Origin: an uncultured Desulfarculus sp.
GTDB lineage: Bacteria > Desulfobacterota > Desulfarculia > Desulfarculales > Desulfarculaceae
Direction: 5' to 3'
Assembly (NCBI GenBank): GCA_963665125.2
Contig: CAXXUK010000001.1
Location: 1,152,001-1,216,000 of the forward strand
Length of the DNA stretch: 64,000 nucleotides
Shown: positions 57,801 to 64,000 of the stretch, in pieces
Layout: every line of letters starts with the position of its first letter
Position numbering within the stretch: the stretch's first letter is position 1
Made by a program: the position numbers and the translations under genes
The notes under the pieces: model-generated
Told to the model about the DNA's origin: nothing
The model's input: the letters and a program-made list of their open reading frames with translations, nothing else
The model's database searches: none

Positions 57801-58082
57801 TTATCTGTTGCGACCAGCTAAATACTCGTCGCGGCATTTCTCGCTGCAAAAATAGACCTCTTTGCCGTTTATCCTGGCCCGCAGGGCGTCGCTCCTGGGC
57901 AGGTAGGTCTGGCACTGGGGGTCTTGGACCAGTTCTTCAATGAACTCCCGGCGTTGGGCCTGGTTTTTATCAACCTGGGGCCGCTGCCGGTTGGCATTGA
58001 ACATCCAGTTGCGAATGGCCCGGTATATGAACCACACGCAAAATCCGATCAGTATGAGGCGCAACAAGCCCCAAAGCCCCAC
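57801..58082 (-). CDS. Small membrane-anchored YHS/TRASH domain protein
   Basis: TM helix, then LVQDPQC...YFCSEKC; start uncertain. Confidence 0.8.
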   Translation of the reverse strand: MGLWGLLRLILIGFCVWFIYRAIRNWMFNANRQRPQVDKNQAQRREFIEELVQDPQCQTYLPRSDALRARINGKEVYFCSEKCRDEYLAGRNR

Positions 58083-58585
58083 TACAAACTCTCGACTTTC
58101 TGGGCCCTTTTTTCCGGTTCCGGCAACAAGTCCAACAACTCTCCGCACGTCTTGGCAATACCCGGTATTAACAGATCAGCTGCCAACTCGGCCAGCGGAA
58201 TCAGCACGAACGCCCTGCCCCGCATCTCCGGATGAGGCACCCTCAGCTTGGGCAATTCTATTATTTCATTGCCAAATATCAATAGATCCAGGTCCAGGAG
58301 CCTGGGGCCCCATTTTTCCTCACGCACCCGGCCCAGCCTGGTCTCGATGGCCAGAAGGTCATCAAGCAAATCCAGGGCATCGCCCTGGTAGTCAAACCCG
58401 GCCACGGCGTTGACAAAATCCGGCTGATCGGTTTTGCCCACCGGCGCGGTGCGGTACAAAGACGACATCACCGCATTGCCGACACCGGCCAAGCGGCATA
58501 CCATGTCCATACCCGCACGGATCTGCCCCACCGGATCACCCAGGTTGGCGCCCAGGCCGATATAGGCCCTGACGGCCTCGCCCAT
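58082..58585 (-). CDS. folK: 2-amino-4-hydroxy-6-hydroxymethyldihydropteridine diphosphokinase
   Basis: GLGANLGD, QPDFVN, WGPRLLDLD, VPHP, RAFV. Confidence 0.96.
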   Translation of the reverse strand: MGEAVRAYIGLGANLGDPVGQIRAGMDMVCRLAGVGNAVMSSLYRTAPVGKTDQPDFVNAVAGFDYQGDALDLLDDLLAIETRLGRVREEKWGPRLLDLDLLIFGNEIIELPKLRVPHPEMRGRAFVLIPLAELAADLLIPGIAKTCGELLDLLPEPEKRAQKVESL

Positions 58586-58589
58586 GGTC

Positions 58590-59756
58590 CTAGAGACCCA
58601 GTCCGGCCAGCCTGTCCACGGCTTCCTGGAGCCGGGCCTCGTCAACGGTCAGTGCGAAACGGATGAATCCTTCTCCCGAGTCGCCGAAGCCATTGCCGGG
58701 CGTGGTGACCACACCGGCCTCCTGCAACAATTTTTTGGTCAGTTCGGTGCTGCTCATGCCGCCGGGCGTGGAGCACCACACATAGAACGTGGCCTTGGGG
58801 TTTTCCACTTCCAGGCCAAGCTTCTGCAAACCGGCCACCAGCACGTCCCGGCGTCCGGTGTACAGCTTTATCATGTCGGCCACGCACTGCTGGCTGCCGG
58901 TCAGAGCGGTGATTCCGGCCCACTGCACCGCGTCAAAGGCGCCCGAGTCGATCTGGCTCTTGACCTGGCCCAGTCCGCCGACCAATTCTGCGTTGCCAAC
59001 GGCCATGCCGATGCGCCAGCCGGTCATGTTATAGGTCTTGGACAGGCTGTGGAACTCGATGCCCACGTCCTTGGCACCCGGAACCTGCATGAAGCTGGGC
59101 GGCTTGTAGCCGTCAAAACCCATTTCGGTGTAGGCCGCGTCGGAAACGACGATTATCCCGTATTTCTTGGCAAAGGCCACGACCTTCTCATAAAATTCCA
59201 GGTCCGCGCAGGCCGCCGTGGGGTTGTTGGGGTAGTTGATGACCATGACTTTGGCCTTTTGAGCCAAGGTGGGGTCGATGCCGTCCAGATCCGGTAAAAA
59301 ACCGTTCTTCTTGAGCAGGGGCATGTCAACCGGCTCGCCGCCTGCCAGGATCGTGGAGCCCTTGTAAACCGGATAGGCCGGGCTGGGCACCAGAACCACG
59401 TCGCCGGGATTGACAAAGGCAAACGGAAAATGGGCGATGCCCTCCTTGGAGCCGATGAGGGTGATCACTTCCTTGGAAGGCACCAGGTCCACGTCAAAAC
59501 GGCTCTTGTACCAGTCGGCGGCAACCTCGCGGAATTTACCCATGCCCGAATAGGCCGGATACTTATGGGTAGCCGGATTATTCGTGGCTTTGGCCAATGA
59601 ATCGATAATATGCTGCGGGGTGGGCTTGTCCGGGTCGCCGACGCCCAGATCAATGATATCCACACCCCTGGCCTTGACTTCGTCACGCAGGCGGTCCAGC
59701 TCCTGGAACAGATATGGTGGTAGTTTCCGAAGGCGCTCCGCGCGCTGAATATTCAT
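58590..59756 (-). CDS. dapL: LL-diaminopimelate aminotransferase
   Basis: LPPYLF, LIGSKEG, NYPNNPT, SLSKTYNMTGWR; inside the dap operon. Confidence 0.9.
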   Translation of the reverse strand: MNIQRAERLRKLPPYLFQELDRLRDEVKARGVDIIDLGVGDPDKPTPQHIIDSLAKATNNPATHKYPAYSGMGKFREVAADWYKSRFDVDLVPSKEVITLIGSKEGIAHFPFAFVNPGDVVLVPSPAYPVYKGSTILAGGEPVDMPLLKKNGFLPDLDGIDPTLAQKAKVMVINYPNNPTAACADLEFYEKVVAFAKKYGIIVVSDAAYTEMGFDGYKPPSFMQVPGAKDVGIEFHSLSKTYNMTGWRIGMAVGNAELVGGLGQVKSQIDSGAFDAVQWAGITALTGSQQCVADMIKLYTGRRDVLVAGLQKLGLEVENPKATFYVWCSTPGGMSSTELTKKLLQEAGVVTTPGNGFGDSGEGFIRFALTVDEARLQEAVDRLAGLGL

Positions 59757-59766
59757 CCTAAACCCC

Positions 59767-60564
59767 TTATTTCCTTACCGGATTTATCAGGCTTCCTATT
59801 GCCTGCACTTCAACCGTAACCACCTCGCCGTCAGCCAACGGACCAATTCCCGAGGGCGTTCCCGTGGCGATGACATCGCCGGGCGCCAGAGTCATGACCT
59901 GGCTTATGAATGAAACCAGCTTGGCGGCCGAAAAAATCAAATCAGATGTGTGGCCGTCCTGACGAACTTGGCCGTCCACCAGGGTCCGCACCTGAAGGCC
60001 GCCGGGTTCGATATCCTGGGCAATGACCGGTCCGATGGGACAAAAAGTATCAAAGCCCTTGGCCCTGGTGAACTGGCCGTCTTTGGCTTGCAGATCCCTG
60101 GCCGTCACGTCGTTTAGACAGGTATAACCCAGAATATATTCCTTGGCCTGGACAGGGCTGACGCCCTTGCATTTGCGGCCGATGACCACGCCCAGTTCGC
60201 ACTCGTAATCCACCCGTTTGCTCATGGGGGTGAGCCTGATGGCCTCGCCCGGACCGACGACCGAAGTCGACGGCTTCATGAACAGCATTGGCTCTTCGGG
60301 CAGGTCCATGCCCATTTCCTTGGCGTGGCTTTTGTAGTTTAGCCCTACGGCCACGACCTTGGACGGACGGCAAGGAGCCAGCAGACGCACGTCGTTGAGC
60401 GGCAGGATCGTCGATCCGGGTTTGCCGCCCGTGAACGGCGAACCGTCATAGGCCCGCACGATGCCGTTTTTGACCTGGCCGTAGCCGACCTTGCCCTGGT
60501 AGCTGAAACGGATTATGCCCGTTTCGGCCTTGATTAATTCACTATTTTTGGGCTGTTGGCTCAT
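59767..60564 (-). CDS. Fumarylacetoacetate hydrolase family protein
   Basis: VGLNY..H, DYECEL, NDVTARD, KGFDTFCP, TGTP. Confidence 0.94.
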   Translation of the reverse strand: MSQQPKNSELIKAETGIIRFSYQGKVGYGQVKNGIVRAYDGSPFTGGKPGSTILPLNDVRLLAPCRPSKVVAVGLNYKSHAKEMGMDLPEEPMLFMKPSTSVVGPGEAIRLTPMSKRVDYECELGVVIGRKCKGVSPVQAKEYILGYTCLNDVTARDLQAKDGQFTRAKGFDTFCPIGPVIAQDIEPGGLQVRTLVDGQVRQDGHTSDLIFSAAKLVSFISQVMTLAPGDVIATGTPSGIGPLADGEVVTVEVQAIGSLINPVRK

Positions 60565-61367
60565 TTCTTCAATCCCAGGACGTCCTGCATGTCATACAGC
60601 CCGGCCGGTTTGTCATTGAGCCACAGGGCCGCCCTAACCGCGCCGCCGGCAAAGGTGTCGCGGGAATGGGCCCGGTGGGTCAACTCGATGCGCTCGCCCT
60701 GACCGATGTAAAACACCGTGTGGTCGCCGACGATGTCGCCGCCGCGGATGACGCCCACGCCGATCTGTTCCTTGGGGCGTTCGCCGGTCAGGCCGCAACG
60801 CCCGTGAGCGCAGACCTTTTCATAGTCCCAACCCCTGGCCGCGCACATTTCCTTGAGAAGCCGCACGGCCGAACCGCTAGGCGCGTCCTTTTTCTGATCG
60901 TGATGGGCCTCGATGAGCTCCAGGGCGTAATCCAGCCCCAACACCTCGGCGATCATGCCCACGAGCTTGAACATAAGATTCATGCCCACGCTCATGTTCG
61001 GCGCGAAGACGATGGGCGTCTTTTTACCCAACTCAACCAGGGTTTGGTTTTGGCTCAGATCAAGTCCCGTGGTGCCGATGACGATCTTTTTGCCGTTTTC
61101 GGCGCACCACTTGGCGTTGTTAAGCGAAACCTGGGGGGCCGTGAAGTCGATGAGCACGTCGGCCTGGGCCATGGCCTGGGCCAGGTTGTCGGCAACAATT
61201 CCTTCCGCGCCGGATACACCGGCGGTCTCGGCAATGGTCTTGCCAATGGCCGGATGACCGGGAGCCTCGATGCCCCCGGTCAATTCGGCGTTATCATTGA
61301 ACTTGACGGCCCTGGCAATTGCGTTGCCCATGCGGCCGGCAATACCGGCCACGGCTATGCGAACCAT
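60561..61367 (-). CDS. dapB: 4-hydroxy-tetrahydrodipicolinate reductase
   Basis: GRMG, IDFT, GTTG, EAHHDQKKDAPSG. Confidence 0.97.
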   Translation of the reverse strand: MVRIAVAGIAGRMGNAIARAVKFNDNAELTGGIEAPGHPAIGKTIAETAGVSGAEGIVADNLAQAMAQADVLIDFTAPQVSLNNAKWCAENGKKIVIGTTGLDLSQNQTLVELGKKTPIVFAPNMSVGMNLMFKLVGMIAEVLGLDYALELIEAHHDQKKDAPSGSAVRLLKEMCAARGWDYEKVCAHGRCGLTGERPKEQIGVGVIRGGDIVGDHTVFYIGQGERIELTHRAHSRDTFAGGAVRAALWLNDKPAGLYDMQDVLGLKK

Positions 61368-61379
61368 GGAAGCCCTCCC

Positions 61380-62255
61380 TTACAAAAGACCGTAGGCGGT
61401 CAAGGCCTCTTGGAGCTTGGCCCGGTTGGCGGCGCTCATGGGACACATGGGCAAGCGCATCTCGTCGCTGGGGATGCGGCCAACCATGGCCATGGCCGTC
61501 TTGACCGGGATGGGGTTGGTCTCGATGAACATGGCCTTTACCAAGGGCAGCAGCTTGTAAAAACGCTCTTGGGCCAGTGCCACGTCGCCGGCGTCCCAGG
61601 CGGCGATAACATCGGCCACATCCCTGGGCACGATGTTGTTGACCACGCTGATCACGCCCTTGCCGCCGATGGCCAATAGAGGCAGCAACATGGCGTCGTC
61701 GCCGGAAAGCACATTCATCTTGTCACCGCAAAGACGGTATACGTCGGCCATCTGGTTGATGTCGCCCGAGGCCTCCTTGACCGCCACCACCTCGGGCAAC
61801 TGGGCGATGCGCACCATGGTCGGAGTTTCGACGTTGATGGCCGTGCGGCCCTTGATATTGTAGGGCACCAGGGGGAACTTGGTCGCCTCGGCAATGGCCT
61901 TGAAATGCAGGTACAGGCCCTCCTGGGTGGGCTTGTTGTAATACGGAGCTATGAGCAGGGCCGCGTCGGCGCCGATCTGCTTGGCGTACAGAGTCAGTTC
62001 GATGGCCTCGGCGGTGTTGTTGGAGCCCGTTCCGGCCACGACCGGTATACGGCCGCCAACCTGATCCACCACGGCCTTGATCACCTGGCGGTGTTCGTCG
62101 TGAGTCAGCGTTGCCGACTCGCCGGTGGTGCCGCAGGGCACGATGCCGTTGGTGCCGTTTTCAATATGGAACTCAACCAGCTCACGCAAAGTGTTCTCGT
62201 CCACCTTGCCGCCGGTAAACGGAGTGACGAGCGCCACCAATGAACCCTTGAGCAT
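61380..62255 (-). CDS. dapA: 4-hydroxy-tetrahydrodipicolinate synthase
   Basis: GTTGES, PYYNKP, KEASG, LSGDD, ETNPIPVK. Confidence 0.98.
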   Translation of the reverse strand: MLKGSLVALVTPFTGGKVDENTLRELVEFHIENGTNGIVPCGTTGESATLTHDEHRQVIKAVVDQVGGRIPVVAGTGSNNTAEAIELTLYAKQIGADAALLIAPYYNKPTQEGLYLHFKAIAEATKFPLVPYNIKGRTAINVETPTMVRIAQLPEVVAVKEASGDINQMADVYRLCGDKMNVLSGDDAMLLPLLAIGGKGVISVVNNIVPRDVADVIAAWDAGDVALAQERFYKLLPLVKAMFIETNPIPVKTAMAMVGRIPSDEMRLPMCPMSAANRAKLQEALTAYGLL

Positions 62256-62266
62256 TTTTTTCTCCT

Positions 62267-63145
62267 TTAGTTGTCCAGCCAGGCAAAGGCCCCCTGGTCC
62301 AGCACGCCCTCGTATACGATATGGGCCGCGCCCTCCAAGAAAACCTCGCCGGAGTTGTTTTCGTCTTGATTAAAGTAAATCGTCAGTTCTTCGCCGCTGG
62401 CGACGTCCACCTTGACCGGAGATTTCAGCCAGCCCCGGCGGCCGGCGACCAAAGCTGATGCTACAGCTCCGGTACCGCAGGCCAGGGTCTCACCCTCCAC
62501 CCCGCGCTCATAGGTGCGCACTTTTAACCGCCCGTTTTGGGCGGCTATAAAGTTGACGTTTGTCCCGGCTGGTTGAAAATGTTCATGGAAGCGCACGGTT
62601 CGGCCAATGCCGTCCACATCGGCGGAGGCAAGGTCGTCCATCGGAATCACCGCGTGGGGCACTCCGGTATTTACGCCGTCCATGACCATCATCTCTCCGC
62701 CCACATCCAACCCAAGGTTTTCATAGGCGTCTTGGGGCTTGCTCATTTCCAACTTGACGATTATGCCGTCGACCCAGGCCCGGATGGGCCCGGCAATGGT
62801 GTCGAAAACCATCTCCGGGCCGGCCAGGCCGATCTGCACGGCATAACGGGCTGCGCAACGGCCGCCATTGCCGCACATCTCCGCCGATGAGCCGTCGGCA
62901 TTGTAGAAATCCCATCGGAAATCAATCTTTCCGAATTTAGAATCCACTCTATCGCTGGGACTGAGCAAAATCAAGCCGTCGGCGCCAACCGAGCGCCTGC
63001 GGCAACACACCGCCCGGGCAAATTCGGACATCAGTTCCGGCGGAATCTGGGCCCGGCGGTTGTCCATCAGGATAAAGTCATTGCCCGTGCCGGTCATCTT
63101 GACGAAATTCAAGCCGGCGAAGGCACTTAAGCTAGCAGAAGACAT
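62267..63145 (-). CDS. dapF: Diaminopimelate epimerase
   Basis: GNDF, NADGSSAEMCGNG, TYERGVEGETLACGTG. Confidence 0.97.
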   Translation of the reverse strand: MSSASLSAFAGLNFVKMTGTGNDFILMDNRRAQIPPELMSEFARAVCCRRRSVGADGLILLSPSDRVDSKFGKIDFRWDFYNADGSSAEMCGNGGRCAARYAVQIGLAGPEMVFDTIAGPIRAWVDGIIVKLEMSKPQDAYENLGLDVGGEMMVMDGVNTGVPHAVIPMDDLASADVDGIGRTVRFHEHFQPAGTNVNFIAAQNGRLKVRTYERGVEGETLACGTGAVASALVAGRRGWLKSPVKVDVASGEELTIYFNQDENNSGEVFLEGAAHIVYEGVLDQGAFAWLDN

Positions 63146-63159
63146 AATCTCTCAACCCG

Positions 63160-64000
63160 TCAGACCATCCAGGGGGCCAGTTGCTCACCCCGGCTAAGAT
63201 CATCAATGGTCTCGCGGCGGCGCACAATGGCCCATCGGTCACCGTTTACCATGACTTCAACGGCCCGGGGGCGGCTGTTGTACTGACTGCTCATGGAAAA
63301 ACCATAGGCGCCCGCGCTTAAAAAAGCCATGTCGTCACCGCGCTTGAAGTCCGGAATCTCGCGCTCTTTGACCAGGAAATCGCCGGATTCGCAAATGCCG
63401 CCCACAATATCGGCCTCGACCATGCGCCCTTGGGCCAGGTTTTGCTCCAAAGGCAATACGCCGTGATACGAATCATAAAATGCCGGTCGCATCAGGTCGT
63501 TCATAGCCGCGTCCACCACCACGAAGTGCTTGGCCGGGGTGGTCTTGGTATAGAGCACCTGGGTCAGCAGCACTCCGGCGTTGCCCACCAGACGGCGGCC
63601 CGGCTCCAGTATGGGTTTCAAGCCGGTCTTGGCCAGCAGAGGCTTCAGCGCCGCGGCGTATTGCCCAGGCGTGGGCGGCCTTTCTTCATTGTACGTGATG
63701 CCAACGCCGCCACCCAAGTCAATCATCTCCAAATTGATGCCGACATCGGACAGCTTTTCCACCAATGCTGCCAATCTTTGCAGGGCGTCGGCAAAGGGCT
63801 GCACATCGGTGAGCTGGCTGCCGATGTGACAGTCAATGCCCTTGATGGCCAGATTGGGCATCTTGGCGGCTCGCTGATATTGCTCAAAGGCCAGATCCAT
63901 GTCCATGCCGAACTTGTTCTTGGCCAACCCCGTGGTGATCTTGGGGTGGGTTTTGGCGTCGACGTCCGGATTGACCCTGATACTGATGGGGGCCTTGAGC
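63160..64000 (-). CDS. lysA: Diaminopimelate decarboxylase (5' part outside window)
   Basis: KFG, HIGSQ, DLGGG, EPGR, CESGD, GAYG...SSQYNSRP. Confidence 0.97.
   Translation of the reverse strand, partial: LKAPISIRVNPDVDAKTHPKITTGLAKNKFGMDMDLAFEQYQRAAKMPNLAIKGIDCHIGSQLTDVQPFADALQRLAALVEKLSDVGINLEMIDLGGGVGITYNEERPPTPGQYAAALKPLLAKTGLKPILEPGRRLVGNAGVLLTQVLYTKTTPAKHFVVVDAAMNDLMRPAFYDSYHGVLPLEQNLAQGRMVEADIVGGICESGDFLVKEREIPDFKRGDDMAFLSAGAYGFSMSSQYNSRPRAVEVMVNGDRWAIVRRRETIDDLSRGEQLAPWMV

Overview
GC-rich bacterial chromosomal window. Gene content and order suggest a sulfate-reducing deltaproteobacterium (Desulfobacterota, plausibly Desulfarculales; inference). Most of it is core genome: ctpA, pgpA, cbiB, iorAB, rpsF-rpsR-DUF2232-rplI-dnaB-hflX, ribF, FMN-riboswitch ribB, pgsA, a transaldolase, folK, the lysA-dapF-dapA-dapB-dapL operon and three tRNAs (Leu-CAG, Cys-GCA, Gly-GCC). 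Two energy-metabolism loci stand out. (1) At 7.2-14.7 kb, a YeeE/TusA sulfur-relay pair sits next to a Rieske/split cytochrome b complex with two paralogous multiheme cytochromes (11+1 and 10 heme motifs). The subunit-IV gene is inverted and appears to share one palindromic -35 element with the Rieske gene, and both genes look leaderless. (2) At 18.2-29.1 kb, an rnfCDGEAB-apbE operon has an RnfC that has lost its FMN/NADH motifs and an RnfB fused to an NADPH-type GltD/NfnB-like flavin module. It is preceded by a two-component pair under a promoter with Rex-like boxes. Other items: an un-called 48-aa zinc-ribbon gene with a consensus promoter, a sigma54-driven orphan gene, and a small AT-rich islet at tRNA-Leu holding an orphan BglII-like nuclease, a PEP-CTERM protein and a possible eroded att repeat. 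No CRISPR array, rRNA, transposase or integrase was seen. All calls come from reading motifs by eye; no database searches were run.
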